Source of the DNA: Polyangiales bacterium
Lineage (GTDB): Bacteria; Myxococcota_A; Polyangia; Polyangiales; Ga0077539
NCBI GenBank assembly: GCA_044229975.1
Contig: JBGARZ010000005.1
Location: forward strand, 256,001 to 320,000
Direction of reading: 5' to 3'
Length of the DNA stretch: 64,000 nucleotides
Shown here: positions 21,776 to 30,526 of the stretch, piece by piece
Layout: the number at the start of each line of letters is the position of its first letter
How positions within the stretch are numbered: the first letter of the stretch is position 1
Made by a program: the position numbers and the translations under genes
The notes under the pieces: generated by a model
The model's input: only the letters and a program-made list of their open reading frames with translations
Databases searched by the model: none
What the model was told of the DNA's origin: nothing

Positions 21776-22338
21776 GGCTGCACCATGAAGCCGCAGGACG
21801 AGACGGGGTTGACCACGCCGCCGTCGGCGGTCGAAGGCGTCCGCGGACGGACGAAGATCCACCAGGTCTGGAAGGCGATGTCACCCTCGCGCTCGGGCGT
21901 GCGGAAGTTGCCGCTCTGCGGGATGCGCGAGGAGACGTAGAGGTCGACGCGGTTGCAACCGACGTCGGGGAACGTGATGACCCGCGTGATCACCCGCCGT
22001 CGCATGCCGTCGGGCGGAACCTCACCCAGTCGACGCACCGGCTCGCAGGAGACGCCGCCGTCGCGCGCCACGCAGTCGCGGTCTTCGTTGACGAAGAACT
22101 GGTACTGCATCGAGTCGTTGACGCCGTCGTCGTCGACGGGAACACGAAACTCCAGCGTGGTGATGTCCTCCCCCTCGTCGATCTCGATCAGCCCTCCGAG
22201 GCGCGGCGAGGTGAAGCCCTGCACGTCCCTGATCTGCGGCACCGTGATCGGCGGAGGGACGCGCACCTCTTCGGTGCGGGTGATGAGGCACGACGGCAAG
22301 CAAGCTGCGACGGCAAGCATCAAGGTGGTGCGACCCAT
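21772..22338 (-). CDS. hypothetical lipoprotein
   Basis: MGRTTLMLAVAACLPSC signal/lipobox; coupled to downstream gene. Confidence 0.72.
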   Translation of the reverse strand: MGRTTLMLAVAACLPSCLITRTEEVRVPPPITVPQIRDVQGFTSPRLGGLIEIDEGEDITTLEFRVPVDDDGVNDSMQYQFFVNEDRDCVARDGGVSCEPVRRLGEVPPDGMRRRVITRVITFPDVGCNRVDLYVSSRIPQSGNFRTPEREGDIAFQTWWIFVRPRTPSTADGGVVNPVSSCGFMVQP

Positions 22339-22348
22339 GACAGCGAGA

Positions 22349-22357
22349 ACCGTACCA
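22349..22357 (-). promoter_or_regulatory. extended -10-like element TGG-TACGGT, 10 nt before ATG 22338
   Basis: Read directly from sequence; no SD between box and ATG. Confidence 0.4.
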
Positions 22358-22520
22358 CAGGCCCTCAAAAGCCTGTCAAACAAGTGTTTTGGCGAACATC
22401 GAGGGGATGATGCGACCCCACACACTGACAATCGTGTCGCGGTGTCGGGGCCGCTACATGTCGGACATATCCTGTCTCCGACGGATGGAGAGAGCGGGTG
22501 CCTTCGGGCGGGCGAACCAC

Positions 22521-22526
22521 TACGAT
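22521..22526 (+). promoter_or_regulatory. -10-like element TACGAT, 8 nt before the ruvA ATG
   Basis: Read directly from sequence; no SD. Confidence 0.45.
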
Positions 22527-22534
22527 GCGCGGCG

Positions 22535-23164
22535 ATGATTGGCCGACTGCATGGGCGGGTGGTGTCCGAGTCTCCCGACGGACTGGTGGTGGTCGACGTG
22601 GTGGGCGTCGGCTACGAGGTGTTGATCCCGCTGGGCACGCTCGGGCGGTGCGCACCCGATGCCGAGGGGCGGGTGACGTTGCAGGTGGTGACCCACGTGC
22701 GCGAAGACGCGATCACCCTCTTCGGCTTCGCCAACGACCGCGAGCGCTCGGCCTTCCGGCTGCTCACAGCGGTGGCGGGCGTGGGTCCGCGCACGGCCGT
22801 CTCGGTGCTGAGCGTGCTGCCCTCGGGCGAGCTCGCGCAGGCCGTGGCGGGTGGGGACGTGCGGCGGTTGCAGTCGGTTCCGGGCGTGGGCAAGCGCATC
22901 GCCGAGCGCCTGGTGCTGGAGCTGAAGGACAAGCTCACCGGGCTGTCGTCGGGCTCGTCCGAGGGGCCGTGGCCGACCGTGGGCGCGACGGTGTCGACGG
23001 GTGCGTCGGCGGCGGCCGGTCCGTCGGGCGCGCTGGTGGCGGCGCTGGTCAACATGGGCTTCAAGCCCGCCGAGGCCGAGCGCACGGCGGCCGAGCTCGG
23101 GCCGCGACTCAACGAGCCGCTCGACGTCCTCGTGCGCGAATCACTCCGACGGCTTGTCCGCTGA
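22535..23164 (+). CDS. ruvA: Holliday junction DNA-binding protein RuvA
   Basis: MIGRLHG, GVGYEV, HVREDAITLFGF, HhH GVGPRTA and VPGVGKRIAERL, ALVNMGF. Confidence 0.95.
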   Translation: MIGRLHGRVVSESPDGLVVVDVVGVGYEVLIPLGTLGRCAPDAEGRVTLQVVTHVREDAITLFGFANDRERSAFRLLTAVAGVGPRTAVSVLSVLPSGELAQAVAGGDVRRLQSVPGVGKRIAERLVLELKDKLTGLSSGSSEGPWPTVGATVSTGASAAAGPSGALVAALVNMGFKPAEAERTAAELGPRLNEPLDVLVRESLRRLVR

Positions 23165-23920
23165 CGGAGGCTCGACCGTCGGCTCCGGGGCGGGTGGCGC
23201 GGCCTCTGTCGTCGCAGGTGCGGCCTCGGTGGCGGGCGCTTCATCGTCGCTCAACCCCGCTTGCGAGAGGCGCGCGGTGAGCGCCGCCTGACTCTCCTCG
23301 GAGAGCTCGGTGTACTCGCGCAGCATCGGCAGATCACGCAGCGAGCGCAGCCCGAAGAATTCCAGAAAGAACTTCGACGTCCCGTAGAGCAGCGGCCGCC
23401 CGGGCTCCTCGCGGCGGCCGATGGTGCGCACCAGGTCGCGCTCCAGCAGGATCTTCAGCGCCGACCCGGTGTCGACGCCGCGCACCTCGTCGATCTCGGG
23501 GCGGGTGATGGGCTGCCGGTACGCGACGATGGCGAGCGTCTCCACCTGCGCGCGGCTGAGGCGCACGGGCTTGGCCTGCAACAGCTCGCGGACGAAGGGC
23601 GCGTTGCCCGCGCTCGATCGGAAGAGCCACGCGCCGGCGACCTCGTCGAGGTGGATGCCGCGCGGGAGGTACTCGGTCTGCAACTCGTGGAGGAGTCGAC
23701 GCACCTCGCGCGCTTCGGCGCGGGTGATCTTGGCGAGCTCGGGCACCGTGATGGGGTGATCGCTGACGAAGACGAGGCTCTCCAGCACCGTGCGAAGGTG
23801 CTGCTCGGAGACCGATCGACCGACGGCGCGCGCGACGCCGGGCGACGTGGGGAGGTCACCCTCCTCGTCGGTCTCGGGCTCGGCGGGGGCTTCGCCTTCG
23901 GTCGGGTCGGGGCCGATCAT
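23141..23920 (-). CDS. scpB: SMC segregation/condensation protein B
   Basis: LESLVFVS, LSRAQVETLAIVAYRQPITRPEIDEVRGV, GRPLLYGT, FLEFFGL. Confidence 0.95.
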   Translation of the reverse strand: MIGPDPTEGEAPAEPETDEEGDLPTSPGVARAVGRSVSEQHLRTVLESLVFVSDHPITVPELAKITRAEAREVRRLLHELQTEYLPRGIHLDEVAGAWLFRSSAGNAPFVRELLQAKPVRLSRAQVETLAIVAYRQPITRPEIDEVRGVDTGSALKILLERDLVRTIGRREEPGRPLLYGTSKFFLEFFGLRSLRDLPMLREYTELSEESQAALTARLSQAGLSDDEAPATEAAPATTEAAPPAPEPTVEPPSADKPSE

Positions 23921-24729
23921 CGCCAGTCGTCCCGCACCACGGCCGCGGCGTCGCCGACGTCGGTGAGCACCAGCGTGACGTGGAGATGTTCGTAGCTCCC
24001 CGACTGGTAGAGGCGCGTCATGCGGAGGCGCGTCATCTCCAGCAGCGCGAGGAAGGTGACCACGAGCTCGGAGACGGTTCCGTCGCTCTCGAAGAGCTCG
24101 TCGAAGCGCATCGAGCGGCGATCTTTCAGGCGCTCGACGAGGCTCTGGATGCGGTCGGCGATGGAGATGCGCTCGGGCGTCACCTCGTGCGCGATGGAGA
24201 GCTTGCGGCGCGAGAGCAGCTTCTGAAACGCCTCGATCATGGCGATGGCCGGGAAGGTCGCGAGCGGCGCCTCGCCCGTCGCGTCGGCGGTGACCTCCAT
24301 CCCGCGGGGAAACACGTCGCGACCTGCGACTCCACGCGCGGCCAGCTCCTCGCCCGCGGCGCGAAACTTCTGGTACTCGAGCAGTCGGCGGACGAGCTCG
24401 GCGCGCGGGTCTTCACCCTGCTCGGCGTCGGGGTCGGCGCCCGCGGCCTCGTCGGGCGGCGGCGACGGCAGGAGCATGCGCGACTTGATGTGCGTGAGCG
24501 TCGCGGCCATGAGCAGGTACTCGGCCGCGAGGTCGAGGTTGAGCTTCTGCATCACGGTCACGTACGAGAGGTAACGCTCGGTGATGAACGAGATGGGGAT
24601 GTCGAAGATGTCGAGTTCGTGCTTCTGGATGAGGTGAAGCAGGAGGTCGAGCGGCCCCTCGAACACGTCGAGCTGCACCCGGACGAGCGGGTCATCGGAG
24701 AAGGGCTCGGCGAGGGCGTCGCTGGTCAC
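23917..24729 (-). CDS. scpA: SMC segregation/condensation protein A
   Basis: FEGPLDLLLHLI, EYLLMAATL..IKSRMLLP, LLEYQKFR, VVTFLALLE. Confidence 0.95.
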   Translation of the reverse strand: MTSDALAEPFSDDPLVRVQLDVFEGPLDLLLHLIQKHELDIFDIPISFITERYLSYVTVMQKLNLDLAAEYLLMAATLTHIKSRMLLPSPPPDEAAGADPDAEQGEDPRAELVRRLLEYQKFRAAGEELAARGVAGRDVFPRGMEVTADATGEAPLATFPAIAMIEAFQKLLSRRKLSIAHEVTPERISIADRIQSLVERLKDRRSMRFDELFESDGTVSELVVTFLALLEMTRLRMTRLYQSGSYEHLHVTLVLTDVGDAAAVVRDDWR

Positions 24730-24736
24730 GATGGAC

Positions 24737-25633
24737 TCAACCGCGCGGGTGGAAGCGCGCGTGCGCGGCCTGGAGGTGCTCGACCGTGACGTGCGTGTAG
24801 ATCTGCGTTGTCACGATGTCGGCGTGGCCGAGCATGGTCTGCACGGCGCGGAGGTCGGCGCCGCGCTCCAGCAGGTGCGTGGCGAAGGAGTGGCGGAGCT
24901 TGTGCGGCGAGATGGGGCGGTCGATGCCAGCGACGAGGGCGTACTTCTTGAGCAGCTTCCAGAAGCCCTGGCGGGTCATGGCCGTGCCGCGGTGCGTGAC
25001 GAAGAGGTCGTTGGTGGAGCGGCCCTTGGTGAAGGTCCCGCGCACCGTCTGGAGGTAGAGCATCATCGCTTCGCGGGCGACCTCCCCAAACGGAACGAGC
25101 CGACGCTTCTCCCCCTTGCCGAAGGCGACGAGCACCCCCTGGTCGAGGTCGACGTCGGTGACCTTGAGGTTGACCAGCTCGGACACGCGCAGGCCCGACG
25201 CGTAGAGCACCTGGATCATCGCGCGGTCGCGCACGCCGCGCGGGTTGTTGGCTTCGGGCGCGACGAGCAGCGACTCGACCTCGGGGAAGGTCAGCACGTG
25301 CGGCAGCTTGCGCGGCAGGCGCGGGCCGCTCACCAGCTTCGTCGGGTCGCTCTTCACGCGCCGCTCGGCCACGAGGAACTTGTAGAACCCCCGCAGCGCC
25401 GACAGCTTGCGGGCCTGCGCGCGGGCCGAGAGGCCCTCCTTCGAGAGGGCGATCATCCAGCTCGCGACGTCGCCTCCGTCGATCTCGCAGAAGGTGCGCT
25501 GGAGGTCCTGCCGCACGAAGACGGCGAAGCGCACGAGGTCCGTCGCGTAGGCCTCGACAGAGCGGGCCGCGAGGCCCTTCTCCACCCGGAGGTGCGCGAG
25601 CCACGCGTCGAGCAGCTGGTCATCGTCGGACAC
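24737..25633 (-). CDS. xerD: tyrosine recombinase XerD
   Basis: GLRVSEL, GKGEKRRLVP, HKLRHSFATHLL, QTMLGHADIVTTQIY; upstream of scpA-scpB. Confidence 0.92.
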   Translation of the reverse strand: MSDDDQLLDAWLAHLRVEKGLAARSVEAYATDLVRFAVFVRQDLQRTFCEIDGGDVASWMIALSKEGLSARAQARKLSALRGFYKFLVAERRVKSDPTKLVSGPRLPRKLPHVLTFPEVESLLVAPEANNPRGVRDRAMIQVLYASGLRVSELVNLKVTDVDLDQGVLVAFGKGEKRRLVPFGEVAREAMMLYLQTVRGTFTKGRSTNDLFVTHRGTAMTRQGFWKLLKKYALVAGIDRPISPHKLRHSFATHLLERGADLRAVQTMLGHADIVTTQIYTHVTVEHLQAAHARFHPRG

Positions 25634-25639
25634 GGTCGA

Positions 25640-25645
25640 AAGCTA
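25640..25645 (-). promoter_or_regulatory. -10-like element TAGCTT, 6 nt before the xerD GTG
   Basis: Read directly from sequence; no SD. Confidence 0.4.
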
Positions 25646-25740
25646 CGGGCCCGGGAGGGGAGAGGGCCAGTTTCAGGCCAAAGCGTTGCGTGTTGGCGAA
25701 ACCTGGGGCTATGGTGCGCCGGCGTCGCGCGGAGCGCTTC

Positions 25741-25814
25741 GGGCCTATAGCTCAATTGGTTAGAGCCCCTGACTTATAATCGGGAGGTTTCGGGTTCAAG
25801 TCCCGATGGGCCTA
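25741..25814 (+). tRNA. tRNA-Ile, anticodon TAT (UAU); CCA not encoded
   Basis: Acceptor GGGCCTA/TGGGCCT plus A73; D arm GCTC..GAGC; anticodon stem CCTGA/TCGGG with loop CT-TAT-AA; T arm TCGGG-TTCAAGT-CCCGA. Confidence 0.93.
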
Positions 25815-25865
25815 TCTCTCCGCACGGTGCAGCGTCCTTGCGGCCCGCTCAGTGGAGAAGACACG

Positions 25866-26576
25866 TTGCGCGAACAGCTCCTTGCCCTGGAAGAACTTGC
25901 CAAGAGCGACCTTGCCTGGCGGCAGATCGACGTCGAGCTGGGGGACGTCGACGCCCACCTCACAGCGACCCGATCAGACGTCGACCGCATCCGCGAACTG
26001 CTCGACCGCGAGCGCCAGCAGCTCACCGATGCTCAGCGCCTGAAGCAGACGCACATCGACGAGCTCGCCACCATCGACGACAAGTCGCAGCGCTCCAAGC
26101 GCCGCCAGGAGGTCGCGCGCAACAACCGCGAGATGGAGGCGATGACCCGCGAGATCGAGGTGCTCAAGAAGGAGCGCGAAGAGCGCACCGCCGAGGCCGC
26201 GCGGCTCGACGAGGTGGTGGCCGCGGTGAGCAAGCAGCTCGCCCAGCACGAGGAGGACTTCAAGGGCCTCACCGACATGCTCGCGACCGAAGAGGCGGAG
26301 GCGGTGAAGGCCCGCGAGGCGCTGCTCGCCCGCAAGGAGCTGCACAAGGGCGCGCGCACCGAGCTCACCGGGCGGGTGAAGCCCGAGATTCTTCGCATCT
26401 ACCAGATCGTGCTCAACCGCCGCGGGACGGCCGTGGCCGAGTGCAAGGACGGCATCTGCCGCGGCTGCTACATGGCGACCCCGCCGCAGCTCTACAACGT
26501 GATGTTGCGCGCCGAGAAGATCATCCAGTGCCCCAACTGCCAGCGCATCCTGCTGCCGCCGAACCTGTCCCGCTGA
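25866..26576 (+). CDS. coiled-coil protein with C4 zinc ribbon (DUF164 / CT398-like)
   Basis: Long heptad coiled coil, then CRGCYM ... CPNCQRIL; GGAG before TTG. Confidence 0.88.
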   Translation: MREQLLALEELAKSDLAWRQIDVELGDVDAHLTATRSDVDRIRELLDRERQQLTDAQRLKQTHIDELATIDDKSQRSKRRQEVARNNREMEAMTREIEVLKKEREERTAEAARLDEVVAAVSKQLAQHEEDFKGLTDMLATEEAEAVKAREALLARKELHKGARTELTGRVKPEILRIYQIVLNRRGTAVAECKDGICRGCYMATPPQLYNVMLRAEKIIQCPNCQRILLPPNLSR

Positions 26577-26589
26577 GAAGGCAGTAGGG

Positions 26590-27963
26590 ATGCTCGTCGC
26601 CTGCCCGAAGTGCCAGCGCACCTTTCCGTCCGAGGGCAGCACCTTCTGCCCGCACGACGGGGAGAGGCTGCTGGACATCGCCTCCGTCACGCCCGTGCGC
26701 GACCCGAAGGACCCGCTGGTGACGGCCACGGTCGCGGGCCGCTACGAGCTGCGGCGGGTCATCGCCAACGGCGGCATGGGCCGGGTGTACGAGTCGCGCG
26801 AGATGCAGCAGCAGGAGCGCGTGGCGGTGAAGATCCTGCACGCCGACGTGGCGGAGGACGAGGTGAACATCGAGCGCTTCCGGCGCGAGGCCACCACGTC
26901 GCAGCAGCTCGATCACCCGCACGTGGTGAAGGTGATGGACTTCGCCGCGACGGCGATGCTCCCCGGGCGGCCCGGCAAGAGCTGGTACCTCGTGATGGAG
27001 TACCTCGACGGGGAAGAACTCCGGCACGTCCTCACGCGCGACAAGACGCTGCCGCCGCACCGGGTGATCCGCGTGGTGTCGCAGCTCGCCCTCGCGCTCG
27101 ACTCGGCGCACGCGCGGGGCTTCGTGCACCGCGACATGAAGCCCGACAACGTGTTTCTCGTGCGCGGCGCGGACGGGGACACGGTGAAGCTGCTCGACTT
27201 CGGGTCGGTGAAGTTCACCAAGGGGCAAGACCGCGGGCAGAAGCTCACGGTGATGGGCACCACCATCGGCTCGCCCTTCTACATGTCCCCCGAGCAGGCG
27301 CAGGGCGCGCCCGACCTCGACCAGCGCACGGACGTCTGGGCCGTCGCGGTGATGGTCTACGAGATGTTCGTCGGGAAGGTGCCGTTCTTCGCGCCCAACG
27401 GCGCGCAGATCCTGTTCAAGATTCTCGGCGACGAGCCGATGCCGCCGACCTTCGCCAACCCCGAGGCGCCCGCCGTCCTCGACGACCTGTTGATGAAGGC
27501 GCTGCGCAAGCCGCCGGCCGAGCGCTTCCAGCACGCGGGGGAGTTCGCCAACGCCCTCGGCCACGCCTTCGGCCTCCAGGGGTCCGCCGCCGATTGGGCG
27601 CAGCAGCCCGAGCACGCCATCCACGACGCCATCGAAGCGGCGAGGGCGTCGCGGCCCGCGTCGGTTCCGGCCGCGCCCACGCACGAGTCACTCGCGCCCG
27701 CAGCGCCGGCGCCGGTCTACGACGCGCCGCGGATGTCCGTCCCGATGAACGGCCCGATGTCGCAGGTTCCAGCGGGGCCGATGACGTACCCACACATCAC
27801 CGAAGGACCAGCCTCGTGGGCGGGGCCGATGTCCGTCACGCCGCCGCTCAACCCGTCGATGCCGCCGGCGCTGCCGGTGAAGCGAACGCCCGCGTGGGTG
27901 TTCGTGCTCGCAGGCCTCGGAACGTTGGCGCTGGTGCTGGTCGCGCTCTTCGCGCTGAAGTGA
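26590..27963 (+). CDS. Hanks-type Ser/Thr protein kinase with N-terminal Zn ribbon and C-terminal TM
   Basis: CPKC..CPHDG; GGMGRVY, VAVK, HRDMKPDN, DFG, YMSPEQ, DVW; hydrophobic tail. Confidence 0.93.
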   Translation: MLVACPKCQRTFPSEGSTFCPHDGERLLDIASVTPVRDPKDPLVTATVAGRYELRRVIANGGMGRVYESREMQQQERVAVKILHADVAEDEVNIERFRREATTSQQLDHPHVVKVMDFAATAMLPGRPGKSWYLVMEYLDGEELRHVLTRDKTLPPHRVIRVVSQLALALDSAHARGFVHRDMKPDNVFLVRGADGDTVKLLDFGSVKFTKGQDRGQKLTVMGTTIGSPFYMSPEQAQGAPDLDQRTDVWAVAVMVYEMFVGKVPFFAPNGAQILFKILGDEPMPPTFANPEAPAVLDDLLMKALRKPPAERFQHAGEFANALGHAFGLQGSAADWAQQPEHAIHDAIEAARASRPASVPAAPTHESLAPAAPAPVYDAPRMSVPMNGPMSQVPAGPMTYPHITEGPASWAGPMSVTPPLNPSMPPALPVKRTPAWVFVLAGLGTLALVLVALFALK

Positions 27964-27967
27964 TCGC

Positions 27968-29278
27968 GTGACGGCAGACGACGCTTCGCCCGAGGTGATC
28001 GTGCTGGGTGGCGGTCCCGCGGGGCTCTCGGCCGCGTTGTGGTGCGCGGGGTTGGGTCTATCCACGTTGCTCGTCGAGGCGCAGCGAGAGGTCGGCGGTC
28101 AGCTCCGGGTCATTCCGTATGCGCTGGAGAACGTCCCAGGGCACACGTCCATCGAGGGCGCGGCGCTCGCCGAGGTGCTGCGCGCGCAGGCCGTCTCACA
28201 GGGCGTGACGGTGCGCTCGGGTGTGCGGGCGCGGCTCGATGAACGGGCGCTGCGGGTCACGCTCGACGGCGCGACGGGCGCTCTCTCGCCGCGCGCGGTG
28301 GTGATCGCGACGGGCGTTCGGAGGAGGCGTCTCGGCGTGCCCGGCGAAGACGCGCTGCTGGGTCACGGGGTGGCGTTCAACATCGGGCGCGACCCGGCGC
28401 GGCTGAAGGGCGCGCGCGTGGTGGTCGTGGGCGGAGGCGACGACGCCGTGGAGCACGCGCACCTCGCGGCGTCACACGCGAGCACGGTGGTGCTGCTGCA
28501 CCGGGGCGAGACGCTGAGCGCGCGCACCGCGTTGCAGACGGCGGTGGAGGCGCACGCCAACGTGACGCGGCGGCCGCACACGCGGGTCGAGTCCATCGAA
28601 GGAGATGGCGCGGTGACGGGCGTGCGGGTGCATGGCCCGCACGGGGTCGAGCTGCTGGCGGCGGACGCGGTGTTCGTGTGCGTGGGGCCCGAGCCGGTGA
28701 GCGCGGGCTTCGGGGTGGCGACCGACGCGAAGGGCTACGTGCGGGTCGACCGCGCGGGCCGGACATCGCGCGCGGGGGTGTTCGCGGTGGGCGACGTGTG
28801 CAGCGCGGAGGCGCCGACGGTGGCGCACGCGATGGGCATGGGATCAGCCGTGGCGAAGGCCATCGCGGCGGGTGAGCTGACGGCGTTGGTGGCACCGGCG
28901 CCGACGGCGGAAGCGAGGCGCGCGAGCGATCGGGTGGGGTTGCAGGGCATCACGCTGCCCGCGCGCATCGGGGCGTACCCGCGAGAGAAGCACCGGCCGC
29001 AGACACTGACCTTCGACCTCGACTTCGACGTCGACGCGGCCCGGGCGGCGCCGACCGACGCGTTGCGCGAGACGGTGGACTACGCCGCGGTGACCGACGT
29101 CATCGCGGAGGTCATCGGGCGGCAGCACTACAACCTCATCGAGACCGTGGCCGACGTGGTGGCGACGACCATCCTGGCGCGCTTCGCGACGCGGCGGGTG
29201 CGGGTGCGGGTCACCAAGCCGGGCGTTCCGCTGCGGCGGGCGTCAGCGGTGGTCGAGGTCGAGCGCTGGGCTCGCTGA
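27968..29278 (+). CDS. TrxB-like FAD/NAD(P) oxidoreductase fused to dihydroneopterin aldolase (FolB) domain
   Basis: GGGPAG, IATG, GGGDDA, FAVGD; C-terminal IGAYPRE..PQ, TVDY, YNLIE, VTKP. Confidence 0.85.
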   Translation: MTADDASPEVIVLGGGPAGLSAALWCAGLGLSTLLVEAQREVGGQLRVIPYALENVPGHTSIEGAALAEVLRAQAVSQGVTVRSGVRARLDERALRVTLDGATGALSPRAVVIATGVRRRRLGVPGEDALLGHGVAFNIGRDPARLKGARVVVVGGGDDAVEHAHLAASHASTVVLLHRGETLSARTALQTAVEAHANVTRRPHTRVESIEGDGAVTGVRVHGPHGVELLAADAVFVCVGPEPVSAGFGVATDAKGYVRVDRAGRTSRAGVFAVGDVCSAEAPTVAHAMGMGSAVAKAIAAGELTALVAPAPTAEARRASDRVGLQGITLPARIGAYPREKHRPQTLTFDLDFDVDAARAAPTDALRETVDYAAVTDVIAEVIGRQHYNLIETVADVVATTILARFATRRVRVRVTKPGVPLRRASAVVEVERWAR

Positions 29279-29283
29279 GAAGG

Positions 29284-30501
29284 TTAGAACGTCCCGCTGA
29301 CGACGAGGCCGTTGCCGAGGAGGTTGGGCGTCACCTGGATGGAAGCGCGACGCGGCGTCGAGCGCGACAGCGCCGACACGACACCGGCGCTGATGGTGAA
29401 CGCCGCCGCCGCGCCCGCGAGGCCGCCCGCGATGTACGAGACGAGCCGGTTCTGGTCGACGGCGTCGGCGTAGCTGTACCCGAGGGCCTGGTAGTAGCTG
29501 CGTCGCATCGGGTCGCTCTCGGCGTTGAAGGCCGCGACGATGCGGTAGTAGTCGTCTTCGAGGGTGTTGGCGTAGAAGAAGAACCCGATGGCCGTGCCGG
29601 TCGCCGCGACGGTGACCGTGAGGCCCGTCCAGAAGGCAGCGCCGACGCCGCGGCTGTGGGAGCTCCCGTCGTCGATGGGAGGCGGCACGACGGGACGTGT
29701 GACGGGCGACGACGGCGGGACCACCGCGAGGCGCACCGGCGGCGGCACCACCACCGGACGAGGCGGCGGCACGACGACCGGCGGAGGCGGAACCACCACG
29801 GGCGGCGGAGGAGGAACGACGACGGGTGGCGGAGGCGGAACCACCACGGGCGGAGGCGGCGCGACCACGACGACGGGTGGAGGCGGCGCGACGATGGGCG
29901 CGGGCGGCTGCATCTCCGGGGCGACGCTCCCGATGTATGCGCGGTTGCGAGCGATATCGAGGGTGAGCGTGACGGTGCCGCCGCCCTCGACGCGGGCCTG
30001 GTATTGGACCGTTCCGCCGCCGGGTTGGCGGGCCTCGATGACGTGCGGGCCGGGGCCCGTCTGGAGCGGCCGACGCAACGGCGCGGTGCCCACCAGGTCA
30101 CCGTCGAGGAACACCTCCGCCCCCGCCGGGAACACCAGCACGCTGATGGTCGCGAGGTGGTTGCGCGCCTCGGCGAGCGCGGCCTGGATCTCCGCGCGCT
30201 GCTGCGCCGACGGGGCGACCGTCGGGTCGTTGAGGAAGCGCTCGAAGGTGCTGATCGCATCCTGCGGGCGGTTGAGCCGCGCGTAGCAGTTGGCGATGTT
30301 GACCAGGATGCTCGGGTGCGGCCGCAGGCGGTACGCGGTGCGGAAGGACTCCAGCGCCTCGGCGTAGTGCTGCTCGGCGAAGGCTTGCACCCCCGTCTGA
30401 AACGCCGCCCTGGCCTCATTGGTCTGAGCGCCCGCGGCGGCGGAGTGGCTCAGCGCAGCGACGAGCGCACCCGCCGCAAGGATCGATCGCGAAGACTTCA
30501 T
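29284..30501 (-). CDS. secreted TPR + PEGA domain protein with Pro/Val linker
   Basis: Signal peptide; TPR AFQTG..F..YAEAL..F..AY; PEGA P.GAEVFLDG..VG.APL; (VVVPPPPP)n; two C-terminal hydrophobic segments. Confidence 0.85.
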   Translation of the reverse strand: MKSSRSILAAGALVAALSHSAAAGAQTNEARAAFQTGVQAFAEQHYAEALESFRTAYRLRPHPSILVNIANCYARLNRPQDAISTFERFLNDPTVAPSAQQRAEIQAALAEARNHLATISVLVFPAGAEVFLDGDLVGTAPLRRPLQTGPGPHVIEARQPGGGTVQYQARVEGGGTVTLTLDIARNRAYIGSVAPEMQPPAPIVAPPPPVVVVAPPPPVVVPPPPPVVVPPPPPVVVPPPPVVVPPPRPVVVPPPVRLAVVPPSSPVTRPVVPPPIDDGSSHSRGVGAAFWTGLTVTVAATGTAIGFFFYANTLEDDYYRIVAAFNAESDPMRRSYYQALGYSYADAVDQNRLVSYIAGGLAGAAAAFTISAGVVSALSRSTPRRASIQVTPNLLGNGLVVSGTF

Positions 30502-30526
30502 GCGTGTTGGTCGGGGAGCGTAACGC

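Noticed and set aside
24737..25814. Integrase next to a tRNA (genomic island attachment site)
   Set aside because: The recombinase has XerD length and motifs, heads xerD-scpA-scpB, lies at the tRNA 5' side, and no duplicate of the tRNA 3' end was seen.
27968..28870. Thioredoxin reductase trxB
   Set aside because: The redox-active CxxC is absent, so no gene symbol was assigned.
29700..29900. Non-coding or mobile repeat
   Set aside because: Explained by the (VVVPPPPP)n linker of the TPR-PEGA protein.
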